64,000 nucleotides of DNA from Octopus sinensis (taxonomy: Eukaryota), in NCBI RefSeq assembly GCF_006345805.1, contig NW_021836149.1, forward strand, positions 62,001 through 126,000, written 5' to 3'. This document shows positions 25,818 through 37,411 of the stretch, one piece after another. The notes under the pieces were generated by a model. The model did not search any database and was not told the DNA's origin. It saw only the letters and a program-made list of their open reading frames with translations. Positions within the stretch are counted from its first letter, which is position 1, and each line of letters opens with the position of its first letter. Both the position numbers and the translations under genes were made by a program.

Positions 25818-26242
25818 TGTGAAGTATATTTGCCACTTAAATGTGGCTAACCACTAAGGGTGGATGCTACTGTAGCTTGTAGCCCCAGGAGAACATTATC
25901 TCCAGTTGGCTATTGGCACAATTTCTGTGTTCTATCAGTATTTGCAAAGGGAAGTCATCCTTCCCATCGTCGACCTGATGTGATGCGCACGGACCCAGGT
26001 TTCTGGGTATTTACCCATCATCAGCGCATGACAATCGCCGGTCTTCAATGCGAAGGGGTCCCAATGCAAATACATATATCCTTTTTCCAGAGACGAAAAG
26101 TCAGGCTTCCCTTTGCAAATACTGATAGGGCATAGAAAATGTGCCAATAGCCAGCTGGAGAAGATGTTCTCCTGGGGCTACAAGCTACAGTAGCACCCAC
26201 CCTTAGTGGTTAGCCACATTTAAGTGGCAAATATACTTCACA
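25818..26242 (-). mobile_element. 425-bp fold-back element with 137-bp inverted arms and a central hammerhead ribozyme
   Basis: Arms 25818-25954 / 26106-26242 are near-perfect inverted repeats; HHR in the spacer; no clear TSD. Confidence 0.8.
25986..26030 (-). ncRNA. Minimal type-I hammerhead ribozyme
   Basis: CAUGCG-CUGAUGA-UGGGU(AAAU)ACCCA-GAAAC-CUGG-GUC/CGUG; complete catalytic core; predicted cleavage between 25992 and 25991. Confidence 0.75.
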
Positions 26243-27174
26243 ACTTATATTTATTTTCTGCTTTGGTCTTAAACTACTTTTTTTCCTCATACATTTTTAT
26301 AGACTTTGTCAACAAACAGTTTTCAAATTTAAAAGTTTTGCCAGTGGAAATAAAGTGATTCCACACCCCTTTAGTATTCGATCCTGAAATCCTTGCTTTA
26401 TAGATGATTTATCCTTCCTCTCAGGTTTTAATAAAATGTCCTCTGTCTTCCTTCAACTAAGAATGATCTTTTATTCTGTAAAATTACTTCGTTGACATCT
26501 TTGATGCAGTCATTTTTCTTTTGCTAATTTTATTGCAGAATAACCAATATTTTAAAATCAGAAAATTTTCTCCAGAAAACTTTCATGTATCTGCCAGCAT
26601 GATGTCAGGTACATGAAAAAAAATCCATTTGTTCAAAATATCATAAAGTACAAATTAACATTTTGATAACATGTCTCAACAACAAAATTTATAAGTATCT
26701 CTCACTGCTATCATTATAATCTCATAAAAATGTTTGTCCCAGAGAAAATAAAGTTGCAAGTCACCACCAATGTCAGAGGTCATGACTCCTAAGATATTGG
26801 AGTGTATATTAATATAAACTAAATAATACTTTTTAAAGGTTAGTACACCAGCTGTTAATGTATTTGTACTTTCAAATCTTACTCTATATACCAGTTATTT
26901 AGTTTTAATGGTGGGGTTAGGATTTAATGTCATCACTTCTTGCACAAACCAATGTGTCTAATATTTGCATGAATGATATTTATTCCAAGAACTTTTTCAA
27001 CCAATTTTTTTAAAAACCAAAGCACTTATATACCGTTACACTTATGTTCAAGTTGTAATGTATTTCATTACTCCTTTTAAAACCACTTTTGTCTTATAAA
27101 CATTTTTATACCATTATCAATGGGATAGTTATTCTTCATATCTAGATTTGCTTATTGCATAAACAGTTTCTGAT

Positions 27175-27560
27175 ATCATCATCATTGTTCGACCGTGGTC
27201 GAGACAATGGAACTTACCATGCTACGCCAGACTTCACGGTCCATCATGGCATTACGGACGGTCCATCATGGCATCCTATTGCTGGATGCCTGTATCCCTG
27301 GAGATTACATCAGGGTAGGAGAGTGTGCACCCTCTGGTATTGAGAGTAGATGGCTTCCAGAGGAGAAATTACCTCTTTTTCAGCTCTACAACAATGTCCA
27401 GCAAACTGGACTCTCCAACCTTTCACAAGAGATGACACAGGTGGTAGTTTCCCATATATTTGCATTTTGGTTGGATGACGCTTCCACAAGAGATTTTGAG
27501 CTCTCATAAGGAGGCGAGTGTAGGTTCCATCCAACCGCCTCTCAAGCTTCTTTCTGTTAT
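27175..27560 (-). pseudogene. RTE-clade LINE 3' end (distinct subfamily)
   Basis: ORF 27310-27534 DGTYTRLLMRAQNLLWKRHPT..IYGKLPPVSSLV...VQFAGHCCR is a typical post-RT RTE C-terminus; (gat)n tail at 27175. Confidence 0.8.
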
Positions 27561-27739
27561 ACCTGAATACCCAACATGTCTGTACAGTATCATTGAGGTC
27601 CTAGTTTAATGCCCTGATGATACAGTACCCACATTAACACCAACATGCACATCTAGCAGTGCACAGTCAATACAGCTGAAACATGCTGTAAATAACTGTT
27701 TAATAAAGTTATAGACAGGAGCTCTCTGAACTTTGCCCG

Positions 27740-27915
27740 GGTTATTTCTTATTCTAGTAGCTATGCTCTCAGAGCATCTACCCCCTGCTACTGACTTGGT
27801 CACCTAGGTAACAGAAGCTATCATCTACTTCTAGTTTTTTTCCTGCCAGATTCCATGTGATGGAATCTGTTTTCTGTACATCTTCAGTGTTTATTGCCCC
27901 TGTGCATCTGCCATG
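27740..27915 (-). pseudogene. RTE RT C-terminal fragment
   Basis: GRCTGAINTE...KLEVDDSFCYLGDQVSS; homologous to 40770-40930. Confidence 0.75.
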
Positions 27916-28049
27916 CACTTGGTTTCTTTCCCTCACCCTCTTTCTTGTCCCTCTTCCCCTCTGCTTCTGTAACTCGCATGTGAGGGAAGTAAAATCACAT
28001 CTGTACACTTCAACAGTCCAGCCAAATATATATATTTATATATCTACTG

Positions 28050-28510
28050 GGGATCGCTTCTCTATGTCTCTTGACCCTATTTTATGGCAGTAAGTACCAA
28101 ATCATGTGGAATGTTTGTATATAAGTTTGTTACATCAAAACTATCAGTGAATGTGATTCTGTTGTTTTGGGCACATGTGACAGGGAAACAATGTAATCTT
28201 GAATGAAATTGGGTATGTGACTACACAGTGGTTTTAGGATAATGTCAAGGGGGTTGCTCAGATGACGTGTAAGACAGGCTGGACCAGCTATAATGAGTTT
28301 TAGTTTAAGGTCTTTTGTTTGTAGTAGTTTATGTATTCACAAACTTGTTCCTTTATAGCCTTCTGTTTTTCTTTCGACTTACGTATTTTTGGTAAGCCAT
28401 AGAAGTTGCTGGATCTCAACTCAAAATTGGTAATATAGTCCCTTTCATAAGAAGTGAGGGAATTATAATGTTTTGAGACTAAATAATTGAGCTTCTTCAT
28501 GATGCTGCAT
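28050..28510 (-). pseudogene. Penelope-like reverse transcriptase fragment
   Basis: Across frameshifts: NFYGLPKIRKS...LKLIIAGPACLTRHLSNPLDIILKPL...FIQD...FDVTNLYTNIPHDL; FYGLPK, P(I)IAGP and FDVxxLYTNIP are PLE RT hallmarks. Confidence 0.85.
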
Positions 28511-28621
28511 ATATATATATATTCAATACCCATACATATCTTGCATCTATTTTCTTTCCTCCACGTCACTCTATTTTGTATCACATCTAAACTTACTATG
28601 ACTTAAATATCCTTTCACACC

Positions 28622-28673
28622 GTCTCTGATGAAGGGATATCATTAATAAATATCCTGGAAACAGCTGTAAGAC
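28622..28673 (+). ncRNA. Minimal type-I hammerhead ribozyme in PLE pLTR
   Basis: GUCU-CUGAUGA-A-GGGAUAU(CAUUAAUAA)AUAUCCU-G-GAAAC-AGCU-GUA/AGAC; helix I GUCU/AGAC; palindromic helix III ACAGCUGU; predicted cleavage after 28669; adjacent and inverted relative to the PLE RT fragment. Confidence 0.85.
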
Positions 28674-29121
28674 CTTCTATCTATAAATGCTCTAATATCT
28701 ACACAGCCTTGGTTTTTTAATCTTATTACGCAAAAAATTTGTATATATATATATATATATATATAATCAAAAGAGAGGGATTTCAGAATGTCACAGTATG
28801 ATTTAAATTATCATCATTGTCACCATTTTGACATTCATTTTTCCATACTTGCATGAATCAGATAGGATTCAGTGGGGGAATATTTTCTACTGCCAGATGC
28901 CATTCCAGCTGCTAGCACCCATCATTTCTAGTCAAGGTAATATTTCCCTTGTCTTCCAAGCAATGAATATCTTGCATCTATTTACAGTGAACTGGAAACA
29001 AATGAAAGCATTTCATGAACCTTTTGTTTATGGTGATCCTGCAACATAACAAGACATGTCAAGGAGCTGGGAGACATCCTTGTCACAGTTGACTGCAAGC
29101 AAAGGATACTGCCTATATTGT

Positions 29122-29760
29122 TATGCTGTGCTTGAGAAGACACGGCAAGCCAAGTGAGACCACAACCCATGGCCTATGCCAGGGGTGTAACCAGCCCACT
29201 TATGCATACCTTTCCTTCATTGAACACTAAACTCCACTTGCAAAGACCTGTTGAGGCAAATGAAATCGAAATCAAAATCAAATTCGATGACAGCACCGCA
29301 TGACTGACATCTGTGCTAGTGGAGCGCTAAGAGCACCATCTGAGTGTGCTCATTGCCAGGGCTGCTGACTGACTCCCACGCCGGTGGCACATAAAAAACA
29401 CCTTTCAAGCATGATTGTTACCAGCGTCACATTACTGGCATTTGTGCCAGTGGCACGTGAAAAACAATATTCGAGTGAAGTTGTTGCCAGAGCTGCTGGA
29501 CTGGCTCCTGTGCAGGTGGCACATAAAAAACACCACTTGAGCGTAGTCATTGCCAGTACCGCCTAACTGGCCCTCATGCTGGTGACATGTAAAAGCACCC
29601 ACTACACTCTCGGAGTGATTGGTGTTAGGAAGGTCATCCAGCTGTAGAAACTCTGCCAGATCAGACTGGAGCCTGGTGCAGCCATCTGGCTCACCAGTCC
29701 TAAGTCAAATCGTCCAACACATGCCAAAATGGAAAGTGGACATTAAAGGATGATGATGAT
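29122..29760 (+). mobile_element. RTE LINE 3' end (ORF stop plus full 3' UTR)
   Basis: YAVLEKTRQAK* ORF end, five gtgcc-ggt-ggcac-type units ~65 bp apart, (gat)n tail. Confidence 0.85.
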
Positions 29761-29879
29761 AATGACAGTCAGCAAACACATGTCAAGATTAGGGAAAATC
29801 CAAACTCACTCATACAAACATACACATAAGGACTCACATGTGTATATATTAATATGAGAAGATGGATTGAACAGATTTT

Positions 29880-30570
29880 ATGATGTATCACTCCAAGTGT
29901 TTCAATTCTTCATTACCAGCTGTTACATAAAACATACGCAACATTGTATCAATATGTCTCAGCAACAGCCATATATGATCATTCCTGGATGAATAGAGCT
30001 GAAAGCTCTTGAATCTATAATATATAAGGACACAGGAAATATGTCAAGGCCGACAGGAAGCATCGATGCTTCCTAGGGCTAAACAGCGGTGGTGCAATTC
30101 CCTTACAAGACTGTCATGTTAAGTTGACAGTATACAACCACTCTATCGCTTCACCACCGTACATATCTCTCTGAGATATTTAGAAATTTGATATTTCTGC
30201 TCTTGAATCTATTTTGACTCTATTCACCTGAAGATGCGCATATACAGTTATTGCTGAGTGGTGCCGAGGTCGACTTTGCCTTTCATCCTTTCGAGGTCGA
30301 TAAATTAAGTACCAGTTATGAACTGGGGTCGATATAATCGACTTAATCCGTTTATCTGTCCTTATTTGTCCTCTCTTTGTTTAGCCCCTTGTGGGTAGTA
30401 AAGAAATAGGTATTAATGCAACATTGTGTATAATATATAAAACATCCAGCAATGAACAACTGATAACGATGTGTTGAAACAATTGTAGTGACACATAATA
30501 AAGCTTGTTCAATTCATTTTCTCATATTATTATTTTTTGTTTATACTCTACGAATATTTGTGGATTTCCA
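29880..30570. mobile_element. PLE-like pLTR pair in inverted orientation
   Basis: 29890-30000 (-) is a decayed inverted copy of 30217-30495 (+), both starting ctctattca...; HHR on + copy; structured motif at 30028-30130 (-). Confidence 0.6.
30224..30491 (+). ncRNA. Hammerhead ribozyme with long helix II, interrupted by a SINE in loop II
   Basis: UCAC-CUGAAGA-UGCGCAU...AUGUGUU-GAAAC-AAUU-GUA/GUGA; palindromic helix III ACAAUUGU; helix II extends via cagttattgctg/cagcaat..aactg; SINE B 3' part at ~30263-30412. Confidence 0.7.
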
Positions 30571-32216
30571 CATGTATATCCAGTGAGAGAGAAAGTTCCA
30601 CTGTAGCATTAGGTAGATGCTACCTGAAAAGGAACTTTGTAAAGCACAGATTATATTTTTAAAACAATGTGTGTGTGCAGGCATATTATACACGAGAGGC
30701 TTCTGTCTACCAATTTTTGCTCACAATATTTTTGTAAATCTGTGGCTTTGTATAGAAGAGAGGGAGAGAGAAAGAAAGAAGGAAAAGAAGTGAGATTGTT
30801 TAGAGTTTTACTTACAGAGCAGCTGACTGACAGAATGTCAAAGAAAATGCTCTCACTGCAGTATGTAGACACATCTCTTTATGGCTTTCTTCAAATCCTG
30901 CTAAAGTCAAATCTGTTTTTCATTTTTTTTTTTTACTGTGGCTGATAAAATAAGAACCAGAAAAAATCCAGAAGAGAATTTTTAACTGACTGCTCCTTTC
31001 CCCAAAATTTATAGATTTGTGTCATTGGTAAAAATCATCATTGTTTATCTGACCATGATCAACTTTACCTTTCAGCCTTCTAGGATAGATAAATAAAATA
31101 AAGTACCAGTTAAGGTTTTAGGGGTAATATAATTACCTACCTTACCTAGTCAAAATATATGGCCTCATGACTATATCAGAAATCATTATGTTAGATAAAC
31201 TGGAAAATGTAATAACACTGATTGGACAAAGGAGAGACTAGATTAATCAGATTTTAGTTAGTAAGAACTAATCTGGAAAGATGAGGATTTATAGAAGAAT
31301 TGAAGGAAGAAACAATAGGCAATAGATTAAGTCTATCTATTCTATTCCAGTATAGTCAGTGTTGTTGTTGTTGTTATTGTCAAATGATGATGATGATGAC
31401 AATGATGATGATGTTGATGATGATGATGATAAACTACACATGTTCAAAGGCCTTTCAACTTGGCCTTGCTTCTCAAATTAGTATGCTTTTATGAAATATC
31501 TGGCTATTGTTATGTTTTCCTTTGTAACGAAAGATCTGAAAGTAATCACTGAATTCTCCTCAAGACAAGTTGTAATAATTAGAGAAGCTTCCAGCTACAA
31601 AAGACTGACTTTTAATATGTCGAAATGTTCTGATGTTTCCTTCTACAATAAAAAAAAAAAAAAGAAAAGTAGAAGCAAAATAGAAAAGGATTAAAAAAAA
31701 AATGAAGGAAAAAATTTGTTTTTTTACTTGAAGCAGAGTGTAGGAAACTAGAAAATAAACAACTGCTAAGAAACTCTTAGATATAAATATGTGTGTGTAT
31801 GTATGTATATATATATATGTATGTATGTATATACATGTGTGTGTGTATTTGTGCTTGTATATATATTTGTTATATATGTTTATTTAAATACTTACTATAC
31901 ACAACTCCAAACATGGATTAGAGCAGAAGTGTGTATGTGCATGTACATGTGTATATGTGTATTTGAGAATTAATCTACATATGTGTGTGTGAAGTATATG
32001 TGTGATCAGTTCAAGTGCATATCAGTATACATGGTAAGTTCGTGTGTGTGTGTAATATATATATGCTAGCATGGAAAGCGGACGCTAAATGATGATGATG
32101 ATGATGATGATGATAAGCAAATGTACATACCTATACTTATGATTTTTTTAAAAGTGCAAACACATATGCAAAAGCTTGATAAATCTGTGTGAGTTTGAAT
32201 GTGTGTGTGTGTATAT

Positions 32217-32785
32217 ATATATATATAATATAAATATTTATATATATATATTTATATATGTATGTGCATGTATGTGCATATATATATATATGTGTATGTA
32301 TGTGTATATATATATTTGTGTATGTATGTGTATATATATATTTATTTATGTGTATATATATATTTATGTATGTATGTGTATATATATTTATGTATGTATG
32401 TGTATATATATATTTATGTATGTATGTGTATATATATATTTATGTATGTATGTGTATATATATATATGTATGTATGTGTATATATATATTTATGTATGTA
32501 TGTGTATATATATATTTATATGTATGTATGTGTATATATATATATTTATATATGTATGTATGTGTATATATATATATATATATTTATATATGTATGTATG
32601 TGTATATATATATATATATATATTTATATATGTATGTATGTGTATATATATATATATATATATTTATATATGTATGTATGTGTATATATATATATATTTA
32701 TGTATGTATGTGTATATATATATATTTATATATGTATGTGTATATATATATATTTATATATATACACACGCACACACACACACAT
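32217..32785. repeat. Compound (TA)n/(TATG)n higher-order microsatellite
   Basis: Repeated tttatatatgtatgtatgtgtatatatata units; explains ORFs at 32176-32873. Confidence 0.95.
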
Positions 32786-33531
32786 AGTGTGTTATTGTGT
32801 GTGTATTATTCAGTATGACTATGTATTTGTGTATAGTGTATATAAACGATTTTCTTTTTTTAACAATATTTGATTGGCATTAAAGTTTAGGAAATTTTAA
32901 AATGACAAATTAGAAAACCTACAAAAATATATTTATAAATGATGTGATATTGTTCTTACAGATTATTTTCTTTCACTGGAAGTAATTGGAATCAGATAGT
33001 TGCATCATTAATCATGAGACAGTTGATTGCAACAGGATTATCAGTCACATGACTACAAACTGCTATCTTGTGTATGGTTTTTATGTTTGGTAGATATCCG
33101 TTGATTATAATTAGCTTATTTGTTAAATGTCTCGTGGTTTTGACTGGCCTGCTCATTAGACATCTGGTTATTGGCCACTTTGTTATGTATCTGTTGATTG
33201 TGAACGGGCGGGCTATTTATTACATGTCCCATGTCTGTGACTGGTTTATTTGTGAATATGCCTGGTAACTGTGACTAACGTAGTGATTGATTTTGAATGA
33301 CCAATTGGTGCAGGCATGGCTCTGTGTTCGTCTTAAGATGTTCGTCTTATAATTGCATGGTTTCAGGTTCAGTTCCATGGCACAGCACCTTGTGCAGGAT
33401 GTCTTCTACTATAAGCCCCCTTCTATTGATGCCTTGTGAATGAAACTGCTAGACAGAAGCTGTATGAAAGCCCATCAAATCAAGTGTGTGTGTGTGTGCA
33501 TGATTGTGTCCTTGCATGCATATATGCATAT

Positions 33532-33764
33532 AAGGCGGTGAGCTGGCAGAAACGTTAGCGCGCCGGGCGAAATGCTTAGAGGTATTTCGTCTGTCGTTAC
33601 GTTCTGAGTTCAAATTCCGTTGAGGTCGACTTTACCTATCATCCTTTCGGGGTCGATAAATAAAGTACCAGTTTCGCACTGGGGTCGATGTAATCGACTT
33701 ACTCCCTTTGTCTGTCCTTGTTCGTCCCCTCTATGTTTAGCCCCTTGTGGGCAGTAAAGAAATA
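33532..33764 (+). mobile_element. SINE family B, full length
   Basis: Family head, B box, central domain, tail. Confidence 0.85.
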
Positions 33765-34032
33765 TATATGTGTGAATGTTGACAGTCAATGGCTTCATTT
33801 GTCCCTGTATGAGTGAAACATTCATCATCATCATCATCATCATTATCGTTTAACGTCCGCTTTCCATGCTGGCATGGGTTGGACGGTTCAACTGGGGTCT
33901 GGCAAGCCCGAAGGCTACACCAGGCCAGTCAGATCTGGCAGTGTTTCTACAGCTGGATGCCCTTCCTAACGCCAACCACTCCGAGAGTGGTGTATATGAT
34001 GTATACATTCCTTGTTGACATTACAACAGGCC

Positions 34033-34262
34033 AGGCGAGCTGGCAGAAATGTTAGCATGCCGGGCGAAATGCTTAGAGGTATTTCACCTGCCACTACGTT
34101 CTGAGTTCAAATTCCGCCGAGGTCGACTTAGCCTTTCATCCTTTCGGCGTCAATAAATTAAGTACCAGTTACACTCTGGTGTTGATGTAATCAACTTAAT
34201 CCCTTTGTTTGTCCTTGTTTGTCCCCTCTATGTTTAACCCTTTGTGGGCAATAAAGAAATAA
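34033..34262 (+). mobile_element. SINE family B
   Basis: Family match. Confidence 0.85.
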
Positions 34263-34409
34263 GATATTAATGGAATATAATTTTCCTTCCTTGAAAACCA
34301 AGTATGTGTTATATGTTGACAGGAAGAGCATCCAGCAGTAAAATGCTACCTTAGTTAAACCCCCATCCAGCCTATGCTAGAATAGAAAAATTGACATTAG
34401 ACAAATATA

Positions 34410-34641
34410 TATTTCTTTATTGCCCACAGGGGGGCTAAACACAGAGGGGACAAACAAGGACAGACAAAGGGCTTAAGTCGGTTACATCGACCCCAGTGCA
34501 TAACTGGTACTTAATTTATCGACCCTGAAAGGATGAAAGGCAAAGTCGACCTCGGCAGAATTTGAACTTAGAACGTAATGGCAGACGAAATACTGCTAAG
34601 CATTTTGCCCGATGTGCTAACGATTCTGCCAGCTGCCGCCC
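34410..34641 (-). mobile_element. SINE family B with target-site duplication
   Basis: Family match; acattagacaaatata(t) repeated on both flanks (~34394 and ~34645). Confidence 0.85.
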
Positions 34642-35348
34642 TTTACATTAGACAAATATATGAAGCCAGTGGTTACCTGCATGACAGTGACTGGCCTGTT
34701 TTTGTTATATACCTGGTGATTGTGAAGAAGCCTAGTATATTGATTACCTGGTGATATTGGCAAGTCTAATTTGTAACTTATCTACTACTGTGACTGACCT
34801 GTTTTTGTTGCATATCTGGTGACTGTGTCCGGTCTGATTTTGTTACATATCTAGTAACTATGACTAGATAAATTGTTTTGTTACATGATTGTGTCTAGTC
34901 TGTTAGTATCATTGCTGGTAACTTTGGATGACCACTTTATTACATAAATGAGTTGCAATTAGCCACTATTTTATTTGTGTGTTGATTGTGACTGACCACT
35001 GTGTGATGTATCAGATGCTTGTGACAAGACACTTTGCTATACATGCTTCCATTGTAACAAATTTGTTAACTAAGAGCCAGATAATAATCATTATTATCTA
35101 ATGACTATTATCTGATTATTATTACTATTGATTATTGTATGATAATGAAAGAGGCAGTAATTTTACAATCATTGATTGAAATTCTTTTCACTGTACAATA
35201 CAGGATGTAATGTGTAATGTTTATGTAAGAATAATATGACATCTAGTGAAAAGTAGTTTGGATTTAAAACTAAGGGGAATATTTGATGAGATATTAGTTG
35301 ATTGCATTTCCAAATCTCTCTATGTTCTTTTTGTGCTTTCTGTAGACT

Positions 35349-35685
35349 CATGGCTCAGTGGTTAGAGTGCCAGGTTCACCATCACAAGGTATTGGGTTTG
35401 ATTTCCGGACTAGACTGTGTGTTGTGTTCTTGAGCAAGACACTTTATTTCACGTTGCTCCAGTTCACTCAGCCATAGAAATGAGTTGTGATGTCACTGGT
35501 GCCAAGCTGTATTAACATTTGCCTTTCTCTTGGGTAACATCAGTGGTGTGGAGAGGGGAGGCTGATATGTGTGAGTAACTGCTGGTCTTCCATAGACAAC
35601 CTTGCCTGGACTTGTGCCTTGGGGGGGGAACTTTCAAGGTCCAATCCCATGGTCATTCATGACTAAAGGGGGTGTTTACCCTTTT
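35349..35685 (+). mobile_element. tRNA-derived SINE (family D relative)
   Basis: A box tggctcagtgg; body ttcttgagcaagacactttatttcacgttgctccagttcactcagc shared with 1700-2008 and 10348-10598. Confidence 0.7.
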
Positions 35686-36420
35686 ACTTATGTTATGTGT
35701 TCCCTAAGACATCAGGGTAGTTCCATTTCTGATTGCATGTGTAAAAAGGTACTTACAAGAAGACAGACTAAATATGTTTAGAGACATTTTGTGGAATACG
35801 CTCTTCGGCAGAAAGGAACACAGAAATAAACAGGGAGAGAAGATAGAAAAAGGTATAGAGGCTAACGATCTATCATGGCAAATGCTGGACAGAGGGGTCA
35901 CACAGGAGAGCTAGGAAGAAGGGGAGATAATAAAGTAGTGAAGATAATAAAGTAGTGGTGATCCCAAAATGAAGGTCTGCGTGCATGTGGAAGGAGGCTG
36001 GTGACATTGATGTGTGCGTGTGTGCATGTATAAGTGTGTGGATGATGGTGTAAGTGCTGGTGTGTGCGGGATGTTGTGGTGTGGTGTGGTGTGGTGGTGT
36101 GGTGGTGGTAGTGTGGTGTTGGGGTGTGGGGGAAGCGAGAGTGGGGGAAAGCAAGGATGGGATCTAAATAAATAAAGTAAACTGACTATAATTAGAATGC
36201 AAAGATGGGTTAGTATTTCTGATGAAATGACCTGAACTAATTACACCAGAATTATTTTATTATATACAAGAAAAGTAATGAAGTAATATATGTGGAATAA
36301 CGCATGATAAGCAAAACTAATTGTCCCTGTGGCATTTTAACTAAATATATATTTACTCTTGCAGTCTATGATTAATTATTATAAGCTTTCTTTGTTTTAA
36401 CAAAAATTTATATTGAATGT

Positions 36421-36845
36421 GAGTGGCTGCATGGTAAGTAGCTTGCTTACCAACCACATGGTTCTGGGTTCAGTCCCACTACAAGGAACCTTGGGCAAGT
36501 GTCTTCTATTATAGCCTCGGGCTGACCAAAGCCTTGTGAGTGGATTTGGTAGATGGAAACTGAAAGAAGCCCGTCATATATATGTATATATATATATGTG
36601 TGTTTGTATGTGTGTGCATATGTTTGTGTGTCTGTGTTTGTCTGCCAACATCACTTGACAACCGATGCTGGTGTATTTAGGTCCCTATAACTTAGCGATT
36701 CGGCAAAAGGGACCGATAGAATAAGTACTAGACTTACAAAAAATGAGTCCTGTGGTCGATTTTCTCAACTAAAGATGGTGCTCCAGCATAGCCGCAGCCA
36801 AATGACTGGAACAATAAAAGAGTAAAAAAAAAAAGAGTAGAGAGT
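36421..36845 (+). mobile_element. SINE family A, full length
   Basis: Family match. Confidence 0.85.
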
Positions 36846-37411
36846 ATGTTGGATTGATAGATTTAGTGGAAAGGTGAGCAAAATGTCATGTATTTTTGTT
36901 ATAGCTCTTTACATCCTGAGTATCAATCTTAAGTGTGTTATCATCTTTCATTCTTGTGGGACCATTAAAATATGCTTGCTGAAACACTGGCATCAATATA
37001 ATTGATAACACTAATCTCACTAAATGAAGAAACTTATTTTTGTGATAGGAATTCATATTAAATGTCTAACAAATGTCCATATTAAATGTCCATCATTTTT
37101 ATATCTAATTTTCCATATTTTTTCATAAGTTATTTTCCTCTAATGCAAAAACATGATCTGTTTCTTATTATTTCAAGTTTATAGCAATTATTATATGCAA
37201 GAAATTGTGCATTCCAAATAAAACAACCACATTACTGTGAATAAATAAAATTATTGTAATATATCAAGTTCCTATATATCAAGACAATATTAGCTTACTA
37301 ACATTAGAGTTAGTTGCTTGTATTCTCTTCATTTGTAGTTTCTCTTCACTTAGCTCTCACTTCACCAAGCAGTAAATAGATGAAAGTGTTAGCAAAATCT
37401 ATGGTTTAAAC

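Larger units (their letters stand above)
33050..35060. repeat. Old degenerate ~33-35-bp minisatellite split by SINE/LINE insertions
   Basis: Recurring ctggtgactgtgactggcctg..tttgttacatat-like units at 33050-33310 and 34670-35060. Confidence 0.55.

Noticed and set aside
25831-25931. HDV-like, twister or pistol ribozyme assignment for the multi-hairpin motif
   Set aside because: Required pseudoknot pairings could not be formed consistently across the three copies on either strand
32176-32873. Three ~200-aa ORFs
   Set aside because: Translations of a TA/TATG microsatellite (Y/I/M/C/V only); the same applies to 11242-11943, 18034-18528 and 49201-50065
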